A DNA stretch of 51,876 nt, counting the filler, from Bipalium vagum (taxonomy: Eukaryota): the NCBI GenBank assembly GCA_037834085.1. It is 3 parts of 3 records of this genome, joined end to end, with 100 filler letters (N's around TTAATTAATTAA, not from the genome) between each part and the next. Parts side by side here need not be neighbours in the genome. Positions count along the whole stretch, not along the records: positions 18,062 to 34,818 come from JBBMKC010095555.1; positions 34,919 to 51,876 come from JBBMKC010084645.1; 1 more part is not named here. One strand, given 5' to 3'. Positions 26,649 to 38,404 of this stretch are shown here, piece after piece. The position numbers and the translations under genes are program-made. The notes below the pieces were generated by a model. It ran no database searches and was not told the origin of the DNA. It worked only from the letters and a program-made list of their open reading frames with translations. Each line of letters starts with the position of its first letter. Position 1 is the stretch's first letter.

Positions 26649-26843
26649 TTATCCAATTAATCCAGTGTACCAATCTCTTTTGAAGATATTTCTTCTCAAA
26701 TTAAATTCATCATGAACCGGCTCTTTATATATCCTATAGCTTTTGAGTGGGAAAAATTGGCTTTCCACAATTATTTTATCAAGAAGAATAATGAATACCA
26801 AACAAATAAACAGAGCTTGACAATATGGATTTCTATTTCCCAT
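26649..26843 (-). CDS. Putative neuropeptide prohormone (64 aa) yielding DWYTGLI-amide
   Basis: Hydrophobic signal peptide (ALFICLVFIILL...VES), dibasic RR and KR sites, terminal Gly directly before TAA, AATAAA about 23 nt downstream (26625-26620), and a T-rich tract plus AG just before the ATG. Confidence 0.75.
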   Translation of the reverse strand: MGNRNPYCQALFICLVFIILLDKIIVESQFFPLKSYRIYKEPVHDEFNLRRNIFKRDWYTGLIG

Positions 26844-28061
26844 TCTTATAAAATAAATAAATTAATATGTTAATTTATTTTTTATGAACTTACTTTTAAA
26901 TTTACCCAACAATTAAATAAATACTGATAACGTTTCTCTCATTTATATATTTATTTGTTCGTTTTATTTATTCAACCAATGAGAATTTAATGAAATAAAC
27001 GATAATCTCATTATAAAATTAGGCCTGTAGTGATAATTCTATTAATTATTATTTAATAAGTTAATAACGATTGAGCTGAAATTTGAAATATTCACACTGA
27101 TATTTTATTAGAAATATTTTATATTATGATTTGGATAAAAATTTTATTAAAAATCCAAATAGTTGCTCACTTGATAAAAGTAATAAAATAATGATTTCAC
27201 TGGATTGTGGGTAATAATGGTTATTGTTTTTAAACTATTATTTAATATCGTACTTTACGATGATTATTTACACTGAAGTGAAATAATTGAATTTTATTGA
27301 TCAAGTTAAAACTGTTTTTCTAAATTTGATTGTTTTTGTTTGATAATAATATTTCATATTTTAAACATTTTTGATAAGAGGCTGGAAAGAACGATATTGA
27401 ATAAATATTTGAAATTAAAAAAACATGATTTTGTAAAATTGTTGATAAAACCAATTTTTGAGATCCTCACTAACCGATAAAAAGATTTACTTTACAGAGA
27501 AAATAAAATAATTAAAACCTATCAATAAAAATTGTAAATGTGAATTTTAGACATTTGTCAATGAAAACAATATGTTTTTTAAAAACATTTTTTTTATTTA
27601 AGATAAATCAAAAAATGTAAATTCTAAATGTGATGTAGTCCATTCTGCACAGTTTTTATCTGAAAAGAAATTTGGAAAAAAAATAAAATTTAGCCAATGA
27701 TTCCGAAAGTAAAAAATCAGTATTTTTATTATTGTTGTTAATTATTCTCAAATGATATCATGGGTTATATAATTTTTCTTTATTTTAATTAGATAAAAAT
27801 AATAAATATGTTCAAAAATTAAAATTCTTTTTTTTTGAAAAAAATTTTTTAAAAATATAAGATTCCGTATATTAAAAAATTTTTTTTATAATTATAATCA
27901 TAAATATTAAAATAATATTTTCCTTTTAATTGAATGAATCAATATATTAATTAAAGAATACATTAATTATCCACTGATTGATACTTTTTTCCATTTTGTG
28001 AATCATGTAGTGAATCATCAAAACTTTTTTTTTGCTCATTGCCAAAATTTCGATATATACC

Positions 28062-29060
28062 TTAGGTTGTCCCATTATAAGTGACCATCTTTGTATTCAT
28101 AATTTCTGTCTATACAAATTAAATGTGAACAGTAACATATAATAAATATATATCATTTTAAACATTATTTCATGCTCTGTCTATCTGTATATGAATTATT
28201 TATTGTATTATTAAATAATTTGTTACATATTTTAGATGATTGGTCGAAAAATTATAATTGCACTACTATTTTTCTCTTTAAAGAGGGTTTCAATGCGGCT
28301 CACGAGGTCCTTGAAATTTGTTCATATGAACTCCAATTCAGTAAGATGGTTTTTCGAAAATTCTGGTCTAGCGACCATAGATTGAAAAATAAATATTTTT
28401 GACATCCATAAATTAATCTTGATGAAGCTATTCGTATCAAAGCATTAAAAATGCCACATGTATCTTTTTGTACAATGCAGGTTACATATGGCTCTTCTAA
28501 TTCAATCTGTCATGTGCGAAAAATAGACTTCGTCCTGAAACGACCACAACAAGATCCTCAAGATTTGGCAATTTCTCAAATTAAAACATGAATGGCTATC
28601 AGCCATCAAACTTAATCTATTCAGTAAGAAAGTGTTGCTTTCTGTCAGGAAAAATTTTTAATGAGCTATTCATTTTTACTTCATCTAAGTAAGTAGATCA
28701 GTTGACACCAAGCTTTACTGTGAGCATCTTGACCGTGTTAATGAGAAATTTATCAGTCATTATCCCAATTTAGTTAATAGAAAGAGTGTATTAATGCGAC
28801 ATGATAATTCACCAGCTTGCGAAACGAAATTATAGAAAAAATACGAAATCTAGAATGAGTGGAAGTCTTACCAGATCAACATTACAGCCCTGACTGTGCC
28901 CCATTCGATTATGGGTTGTTCCGAGCAATGCAACACTTCAAAAAATGAGCTTCAACAATGTTGAGAAGGTCAAAGTGACATATTTTGACCTTTTTGCTTC
29001 CAAACCCAAGGATTGGTACTTTTACCTAGTTGAAAATTAGCAGCTAGATGGATAAACCTG
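28062..29060 (+). mobile_element. Decayed mariner
   Basis: TIR-like TTAGGTTGTCCCATTATAAGTGAC; LFKEGFNAA HTH; LVNRKSVLMRHDN; YSPDCAPFDYGLFRAMQH. Confidence 0.82.
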
Positions 29061-29895
29061 TTATCTGATATACACATTCATTGAACTTTGACAGATTTAA
29101 ATATATTGAATTAAGCAACTACCTTTGCAAAAAAGCATCTAAGTAGAAATAAATAAATTTAATTGAACCATTTCACTAGAATAAATTGCATTTTAATTTT
29201 AAGTATTGAATCTCCTTCCAAAAGTGGTGGTTATCTATAAAATTCACAATATATGCATTCTTGTTGTATTTGTTTTGTCAGATATCTTTTTGGGAAATTC
29301 ATTTTTCAAGAATACTGTGTCAATTATAATCGAGATAACAATAAGAGAATCTGTCTAGGAATTTTTTGAGACCGGAAACTAAAATTATAATTCTACAATA
29401 TGTCAATTAAAGAACATAGAAGAACTATATTCATAAGTCAATAAATATAAGTCACAGTGTATATTATATTATATTACTGACTTAATTTTAAATCTTGAAG
29501 TGATAATTATAAGTGATATTTATAATGATTTGTTAAAATAAAATATGGTCAAATGGTTAATTTGAAAGTATAACGAAGTGGAACAATGCAGTCCATGAAA
29601 GGCATCTGAAATATATACAAATTACAAAAATATTGTATACCAACACACAAAACATATGGCTTCACATGTAATTTTATATCTGGGAAAAAATAATATTTTA
29701 TGAGATATATTGCCTTGGGTCTCATCGATTTGTTTCTATGGATATAAAATTCATAGAACGGGAAATATTCATTGATGTGGAGGACATTAAAAGCCTCTAT
29801 GACTCAAATTTATCTAGGAAATAATTATAATAAGAAAATAATATATTAATAAGTTAGATGACGTCAGTAATAAAAAAAATAATATTTTTAGTATT

Positions 29896-30878
29896 ATAAT
29901 GGGTACAAATAAATAATGCTGATTTATTTAAAATAGATTTAGTGAGATATCGATAAGTATTGTGATTTTAAATATAAATCAATTTGTTTGAATTAATATG
30001 GTAATCATTTGAATTTTCATATGTTAATAATTTCAATTTTTAGATAAAAATATGTTAACATTTACGCCAAGAAAAGAACACTTGCGGGAAGTTCTCATTC
30101 ATTACTTTATGATGAACAAAAATGTCACAGAAAGCTGCAGGATATTATGTGATGTTTATGAAAAACATGTAGTATCTCAGGAGACATTCGAGCGTTTATT
30201 TCACTGCTTCAGAAGTAATGATTTTAGTGTAGAGAATAAAGAACGCCCAGCCCGTCCTTCCAAATTTGAAAACCTCAATCCAAAATATGTTGTTTTTATG
30301 CGAATTATGTTTATTATTTCTTTTTCTAAATAATATTATATGGTCAAATGAGTTCTTTTGTCACAAAAATTGTTCTTATGCAGCTAATGACCACTGATGT
30401 CAGGTTAAGTATTTCAGTTGGGTAGAATATTGGACTGATAACTTGAATATCGAGGGTCAGTTCTCAAAGCTAATTTAATTAATTTCAATAGGTTTTTAAC
30501 GATTTTTATTTATTGTTTACAATATAAATCAATGTTATTATTCTCTTACTTCATTATAATAGATTGAATAATCAATTAATCAATTTTTTTTATTAAAATT
30601 TACTTATTGACGTTTCTCCATCTGATTATTACTTGTTCAGATCGATGGCGCATTCTCTTCGAACAGTGCTTCAAAACTTTGAAGATGTCACATATTGGAT
30701 TGATAAGTGGATCATATCGAAACACGAAAAGTTTTTCTTTGAGGGCATTAATAAATTACGAGAAAATGAGCTAAAGTTGTAGATATCGATGGAAATTACT
30801 TGGATTATAAAATTTTGTTTTGTTTTGCTAGAATAAATGATTATCTTAAAAATCGCAATTTTCTACTTGTTCAACTAA
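29896..30878 (+). mobile_element. Internally deleted Mos1-like mariner with unrelated filler at about 30272-30600
   Basis: MLTFTPRKEHLREVLIHYF...NDFSVENKERPARPSKFE; 3' remnant DVSPSDYYLFRSMAHSL; eroded TIRs. Confidence 0.82.
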
Positions 30879-31739
30879 TAAGGATAATCATGAAAAATCG
30901 ATCGACAATGTAATTTCCGTTATTTAAGGACCTTCTCTCGTCCTTCTACTTGTTATTTTTATGTTTCTGGAAAAAAATACCAATAGGTGCAAGAAATTCT
31001 GTTTGTTATCAAATTGGCGCGGCATTTCAAAGCTTTCAAATTTAAATAAAATGGAATAAGTCAAGAACATCACTGTGATTTAGAAAAACAGAAAAAGGTC
31101 TTTCAAATAAATAATATGATACCATGAAACAAGTTATAAAATAATATTAGTTAAAAACTAATATTTATCTAACAAAATTTTTTGTAATTTTATTTAACTG
31201 GTTTTTTATTGACGTATGGCTTATTATTTATATAAGAGTGCATTAGAATTAAGAACATCGCTATAATGAGTGAAGAGCACATTGCGACCTGAGCTAAAAA
31301 TATTGCCTACATATTTCAGAATAAATTTGTTGGCGAATAATGGATTTCCTAGAACTTACATCTCTGCAAACTCAACAGAGGTTCGGTCATTGAAGAACAT
31401 TGCTCAATTATAAAAGAAAAATAAAGAATCCTGGGAAAATAATTGTAAGATGGATCATTGGTTCTGAAAAAAGAAAGTTATGGATATTGATAATAATAAA
31501 CCCTTAGTATTAAACGTAGTATTAACATTATTTTTTCTTGGAAATCATTGACGTTTGGCTCTAATAATTTATTGTAGGGGTCGGAGTTTGTGTTGATTCA
31601 TTATAAAGATAAAACTTATTAGTAAAATATTATAGAATTCATCTGAGATTTCTGAGACAAATTTGAAACTACACTTTTTGATTAATTATTTTAAATTTCT
31701 TATAAAAATTAAAGTAAATTTCTTTCCATCACGCTAAAT

Positions 31740-32270
31740 GTTAATTTGCCTTAAGCAATGAATAAGTTGTCCAGTTGGTTTTTATTTCATAACCCTGGGC
31801 CGTTTGGTTGCCAACTAATTGTTTCCAATACTTATATCAAATAAATGAAACTTGAGAAGTGATTGATGTTAATTATTTCATTACCTATGAAACTATTCAA
31901 TATTTTCATTCTGGCCAGTTTTTACAACAATATTGAAAGCTGAGACTGGATAATATTTTATTTTCTCAATTATTTAATTAACTTTTCAATCTTTTCTCTC
32001 TAAAACTATATAAAAATACTTACCCGGAGCCCAGCGATTATCAATATGATCCGTATACAATTACCGTACTGAGAGTCAGGTTAATTTATTGCTCCTAAAG
32101 ATCAGATATATAATTTTATAATTACAATTTCTAAATTAATATTTATGTTGATTTCTTCAATTTTAAATGTATTAAAAATTCAGAAAATTAATAATAAATC
32201 AATAACTTTTTTTTTCCACTGGAGGTAGCTTCTCAAATAAATATAATTTATCATCCATATGCCAATATAT
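31740..32270 (-). pseudogene. Decayed intron-containing gene or spliced non-coding RNA (exon-like 32094-32024, 31945-31885, 31830-~31750)
   Basis: Canonical sites TTTAG|, |GTAAGT, TCCAG|, |GTAATG, ATAAG| with 78- and 54-nt spacers; the joined frame contains stops. Confidence 0.35.
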
Positions 32271-33119
32271 ATAAATATTGAAAAGATATTATGGGAAATT
32301 ATAATTTCATTTCGTTTCATTTTCGATTTTTTTTAATTAATTATATTCTAAGTGGCATAAAAAGATTGTTTTAATTTGAGACTTGAGACAATGTTTGTTG
32401 GGTTTCAAAGGATGAAGGATGTTATGTCATTTTTGATTCATTGAAAAAAAATAATTATAGGTTGCTGCATAATTATTCGTCGTTTGTTTAAAAATATTAT
32501 CTATTATTGATTATCATTGATTAGTGTTAACAATATTCGTCTATTATCAGGATAAAACATTCTTCTCAAAAATTATTTGCACATTCGTTATATCATTCTT
32601 TACAACTACGAGACAGAATGGAAGAAAGCATGATCATTTCGGGACCTCAACAAAGTTTTCGGCAAAGGAACACTTAGTGAAAGTCAATGCCGAGATAGTT
32701 TCCGTGGTTAATTATGTAACAATTTAATAATAATCTCTTGTTGAAAATGGTAACTAATTTGTAAGAGCGTTAGGAAGAATATTTTGAGGTGTCAGTTATT
32801 ATTGGTATTATTAACATACCTTAGACTATAAACTTAAAATACAAACTAAGTACTGCTTTACAAAAAATTGATCTGAAAAATGATCGTTGGTATTATCGAA
32901 ATAAGGAATAATTTTCTTGTTACGGATAGGCTTGTGATTAAAATTATTTTTGTAGGTGAGGATATATAGTATCAAGTTGCCGGATTGGAAATCTTACTTA
33001 TATAACTTGTAAATTGCTTTGTTTAAATAATTTGTTTATCTGATATATTTGTATTTATTTTAAAGCACTTTTTGATATAAAGTTTAATATATATATTTAA
33101 ATTTTTAGAATATTTTAGA

Positions 33120-34100
33120 TCAAACATGAATGATACAAAATATGGTGTACGTACGTGCCTGCTGGATGATTTCTAATTAGAAAAATGCACCTGAATACCA
33201 CCGCAGTTCGTCCAGAGTATTCATCATCAGAATGCTCCTTCATTAGGGCAATACCACCGTTGGTTTCAGCGCTTCAAAATGAAATCCTGGAAGACAATGT
33301 GCATGGGAAACGTCCAGGGATTTTTGGTAATAAGGCAATAAGGACTACGTTGAATTGGATCCAATGCAAACTACAAGATAAGGTGCGAAGAAGGTTGGAT
33401 ATCATCATTCAACCATTGTTGGTCACTTTCACACAATTGGAAAGATGAACCGTTGCAGAAAATGGGCGCTCAGCAAATAAAGCAACACAATTTACCATGG
33501 CCGGTATTCTTCTTCGAAGTGTCAACTCAAAGGGTTTTTCAATTCTATCATCACATCGGATAAAAAATGGATGTATTATGAATACAATACCTCAAAGCGG
33601 CGGTGGTTAAGTACTGATCCGCCCCCGAAACCATTTCTCAAAAGGAATATTCATGGTAAAAAGAAGTTACTTTGCGTCAGTTGGAATAGTCAGAGATTGA
33701 TCTATTTTGATGTGCTTGAAAAGAGTCAGGCGGTTAACACGGATCTGTAGCGCGTGGATCAAACGCTAAGCATCCAAAGCAACAATACAAAAGTAGTGCG
33801 GATCCTCCATGATAACGCCAAACTAACATTGCGAAAGCCTCCCAGAAGAAAATTGAAGAATTAAGGTGGTACGTTCTTCCTCTAATACCATACAGCCTGG
33901 ATATTGTGCCGGTCCATGCAGAATGTATTGGCTGGAAAAAATTTTAAAACCAAAACAAGACTGAAATTTGGATGTCAGAAGTCCAATTTCTTTAAGAATG
34001 GCATTTATTCTTTACGTGAACATTGGGAACAGGTCATTTATCTATGTAGAAATTATATTTTGGATCAATATATCTTATTGTTGTTTTTATAATAAATATT
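33120..34100 (+). mobile_element. Decayed near-full-length mariner transposase (TIR-like TTATAGGTTGCTGCATAA upstream near 32455)
   Basis: RWFQRFK, WMYYEYNTSKRRWL, IHGKKKLLCVSWN, ILHDNAK, WYVLPLIPYSLDI motifs. Confidence 0.85.
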
Positions 34101-34384
34101 TTTTTTGAAAAAATTCAACATTTCTAATCCAAAACTTGGTGGTTTCACGAAAAATATATGATGTGATACATAAACGTTTGTTCAGATCATCATTAGTTTC
34201 TGACAAGGAAATTCACTATTGACCGTAACTTAACTACTGAATTAAATTGATATTATTTTTTGACTATCAACGAAGCTTATTGTAATAGTGTATCATTTTT
34301 ATAAGAATTTTCCTGAACCACAGATACCACAAACTTCATGAGAACACAGTATGATCTTGGTTAATAATTTGTCACATATTATTA

Positions 34385-34818
34385 TTAGGTTGAGGCATAA
34401 TGTTTTGCCGAAAAAAATGAAATAAGTTAAAATCGAAAATTTTATTTTTTAATAAAACATTCATCAGTTATATAATTACCATTGTTCTCGACAATTATTT
34501 GCCATCTCTGAGGCAGTTTCATGATTCCATCCTGGTAGAACTTTTGGGGTTTTGATTCAAAGAACTGAGACAGTGCAGTTTTGCAACCTTCAAACCGCTT
34601 CCCACTAAGAGAGTTCTGCAGCGATCGAAACAGATAATAATCCGAAGGTGCTATGTCTGGAGAATATGGAGGGTTTATAAGAAGATCCCATCCAAAGTCA
34701 TTCAGTTTCTGTAGAGTTCGAAAAGACTTGTGTGGTCTTGTATTGTCCTGTTGAAATATTACTTTATTTCTATTGACCAAAGCGGGACGTTTTTCTTCAA
34801 GAGCAGCTTTCAGATTGT
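34385..34818 (-). mobile_element. Mariner 3' end with intact C-terminal frame, cut by the gap
   Basis: QQDNTRPH...PPYSPDIAPSDYYLFRSLQN; TIR TA-TTAGGTTGAGGCATAATG. Confidence 0.92.
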
Positions 34819-34918
34819 NNNNNNNNNNNNNNNNNNNNNNNNNNNNNNNNNNNNNNNNNNNNTTAATTAATTAANNNNNNNNNNNNNNNNNNNNNNNNNN
34901 NNNNNNNNNNNNNNNNNN
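34819..34918. other. Assembly gap linker N44-TTAATTAATTAA-N44
   Basis: Identical to 17962-18061. Confidence 0.97.

Positions 34919-34990
<72 letters not shown>
34919..34990. repeat. (AAT)n microsatellite
   Basis: Perfect trinucleotide run adjoining the gap. Confidence 0.98.
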
Positions 34991-36368
34991 GGCAGCTTGG
35001 TTAATTTTTCATTTTTATTTTCATTTTTATTTTCATTTATTTGACAGTTATCTTTTCAAATATATTAAGATAAAGAAAGAGAATATAAAAATAATCAATG
35101 TTTTTCAAATTTCAATTTCTTTTATTGTGTGATGCTCCACAATTAGACAGACAGAAAATCAGAGAAATCAAAAAAAAATTACACAAAATTTTCAGTAAAT
35201 GTTTAATAAAATATGAAATAAAAATATTTTTCTATGAATTATCAGTATATCTTTTTATAAATAAAATATATAAAAACAAGATTTGGAATTATATATGAAG
35301 AAATATTTTCTGAATATTGAAAAATTAAGGAACTTCGCTCTTGCAGCATTGAAGATTCATCCTCATTTCAAAAACAACAAAAAGGAATTAATTTTATTGA
35401 TCATAAAAATAAAAATTGTTTTGAATTAAAATATTCATCTTCAAGAGATATTAATAATGGAAAATAAATATTTATAAAAAAAAACTAAATCAATTTAAAA
35501 TTTATAATCCTTATTATACAGTTATTCATGCATGTATTAAGTCGTCTCATAAGTCTTCACGGAAAAGGTGTATAAAAAAATTTATTTTATAAAAACACGA
35601 TTATTTCATTCGATAATAATAATAAGCATTGAGTGTCTAAGTAATCAACTAATATTCATGTGTATGTTACTTATAGTTGGATATTTGTGATTTTCAACCA
35701 TTATTATAGGGTTTTCTGATCTACGTTGTTCTATCATTGTGATTATTAGACTGGATTAAGTAAAAACCACGTATGTTTTGAGTTACTCGCACGAAAAAAA
35801 ATTCTTATTTTATCATTTCAAAACTACAGGTGATTTGATGATGTGAGGAAAGAACTTTAATAGCGTTTCTGATTCGGATCCATCATGTTTTTTTCTATCT
35901 TTTTTCATTTAGCCATTCTAAGCAATTAGCTGTTGTCGATTTATCTATTGTCAACCTTGGTCTACTCATCAATTGTATATATCAATGATTTTTTTTCAAG
36001 TACACTCTTCTTAAAAAACATTTTTGAAATCATAAAATTATATATTTATAATACTATCTTGATACATGTTTCGATCTTTTCATTCAGATCTTCTTCTGAG
36101 TATATATATAATAATAAAATCTAATTTTTATTTGATTAAATTTAATTGACATTTACAAGTAATAAAAATTTATATATTAAAATTCATTCCTTATTTATAT
36201 GCAATTTTATAAAATTATTTAATAAAATATGAAAGTTTTTTGAATGTTTATTCTATTATTCATTATTATTAACTTCAATGTGTGATATTGTACAGCTAAC
36301 AGTAAAAAATATTAACTTAAAATTAATCAAAATGATATTGATTTTATTATAGATTTAATATACATACC

Positions 36369-37163
36369 ATGGACGAAGATTTAGACACGGTAAAAAAGTT
36401 TAAAATCAGGCGTTCAATAAATCTTCTTGTCACTGAAAATGGATTAGCAAGTTCTCTTTCGGAAATACCGAATATTTCAGATGAAGATTTAAAAATGTTT
36501 CAAACTTTACAGCGAGTTGGATTTATAAGTAATCCTGAAAGGACTGCACATTTGAAGTCCAAGTTACGTAAACAGGTATTTGAGTGTGGGAAGTTTACCA
36601 GGGGTACCATATCTTCATCAGTTTTTCGAGGCATTGGAGAAGAAGTAAAACGTACTAGACTTTCAGATAAGAAGAAGTCTTTTAATGCTCTCGAAAGAGT
36701 TCATTCAACAATGAGCAATATGAACCGAATGCTGCCTGTATATTTTCATTCAATAAGTTTTTTAGTATATTATTTTTTAGTCTTTCTTCTTTGTGGTTAC
36801 TTTTTATTCATATGCAATATGCGTGAAGCTTCAACGTTTAGATTCATCAGTCCAATGATCTCGTTGATATTTGGATTTCAAGTAATGGTTTATTCCGTTT
36901 TCAAGCGTAAATCAGCCACGGCCCTGTCTATGATATTTGTTTGCTATACGTTGTTACTGCTAGTTATCATTGCCAGCATTGTATTTATTCTTCAAAACCT
37001 TTTGGTGACAGAACCTGACGGATTAAGAACACTTTATTTAGACGAACGATGTTACAGGTCCATAGAAATAATCTTTATAATACTATCTCTTATTGACTTT
37101 TGGCTTCCAACTCTTCATTTGTTTATACTGATTTATTTAGACAAGCACAGCAGTGGAAATTGA
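36369..37163 (+). CDS. Uncharacterised 264-aa protein with four C-terminal transmembrane helices
   Basis: Long open frame in AT-rich DNA, ACCATGG start, acceptor-like TTTATTATAG 16 nt upstream, four hydrophobic stretches after a ~120-aa polar N-terminus. Confidence 0.8.
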   Translation: MDEDLDTVKKFKIRRSINLLVTENGLASSLSEIPNISDEDLKMFQTLQRVGFISNPERTAHLKSKLRKQVFECGKFTRGTISSSVFRGIGEEVKRTRLSDKKKSFNALERVHSTMSNMNRMLPVYFHSISFLVYYFLVFLLCGYFLFICNMREASTFRFISPMISLIFGFQVMVYSVFKRKSATALSMIFVCYTLLLLVIIASIVFILQNLLVTEPDGLRTLYLDERCYRSIEIIFIILSLIDFWLPTLHLFILIYLDKHSSGN

Positions 37164-38249
37164 AAATATTATCTTCACAATCATGTACTTGACAAACAAA
37201 TCAGATATATTATTGTTTTGATTAATTAGAATTTTGTTTTTCTGAAATATAAATGTGTAATATATTGTATTAAAATCATTTTGCTATATAAAAAATTTCT
37301 CATTTAAATTGATTTTCACATTCAATGAAATCTTAGGAAAAATCAAATGTAAAACTTTTCAACAAAGAACTCGACGAAGAATTCTTTCAAATTAAAGAAC
37401 CTAATCAAAATTGAATCGTTTACAAGATCAAGATCATATCACTCTGTCATACTTTGTTACATAAAAAATCAGTGGTGGTTATGAGTAAATTTATCTTTGA
37501 TCATTATTAAATCCATACCTTAATTTGTGACTAAGTTGAGATTTTTTCAGAAATATTTTAAAAAAATTGTAAACTTTGGAATTTAAAAAACAAAATTCTG
37601 ATTTTATACAACTGAAAAATTACATTTGTAAGTAAAAGATTAATATTTTCACAATAATAGGTTTTTACCTAATTATATTTATACCCTATTGGTTGGGAAA
37701 ATTCGAAAAGGTTCTGTGTTGTGAAAAATCGTATTCTCAACTCTAGAGGTTTGTAGAGTATCGATGCGGGAAAACAGTAAAAAAGAAATTGGAAGAATGA
37801 ATCAAAAGTCGGTAATGTGAAGACAATGTTTTAATTATTGAATTTATTTGTTTTATATATGTTTTTAAAATATAAATTCGTATTTCGAGAATCTATCGTT
37901 TAAGATTTTTACCTTTATTAGGAATTTCTTTAAATTCGTACTCTGCTAATAGGATTCTTTTCACTATTAAGTAACAATTTCTTTTACGAATTTACTGTTG
38001 AAAACAGGAGTTTATATAGTTCCTTTTTCAGCTTTTGAGCATTCCTATTGGTTTCATAAAATTACTAATTTTTTCACGATTCCTACTATAATTAGACCAT
38101 ACTTCCTAATTGTAGGAAGTTTGATATTTATTTTTGACAATTTTTATTTTTTTTAATTAAAAACTATTGATTAAAAACAACGTTTACGTGCCATTTGTTT
38201 TAATTTCCTAAATAAATCAAATTCTAAAGAATTAACTTAATATAATAAT

Positions 38250-38404
38250 TTTGAGGATTATTAATAATATTAAAAAATCAATTCAAAATCATTGCTGTTT
38301 AAATAATACGGTTGTCGGCAGATAAGTTGTTTTGAAATACATTTTGAAAGCGTGTTTATTTTTTATGATTTCAAACCTCAAAAATGAAATAGCCGTAGGT
38401 AACA
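38250..38404 (+). repeat. 5' LTR
   Basis: Direct repeat of 41530-41686; ends AACA before TGG. Confidence 0.93.

Noticed and set aside
32016-32095. U1 snRNA or SL RNA (ATACTTACC start, Sm-like AATTTATTG, GGAGC/GCTCC ends)
   Set aside because: Too short and lacks U1 stem-loops; ATACTTAC is simply the reverse complement of a GTAAGTAT donor.
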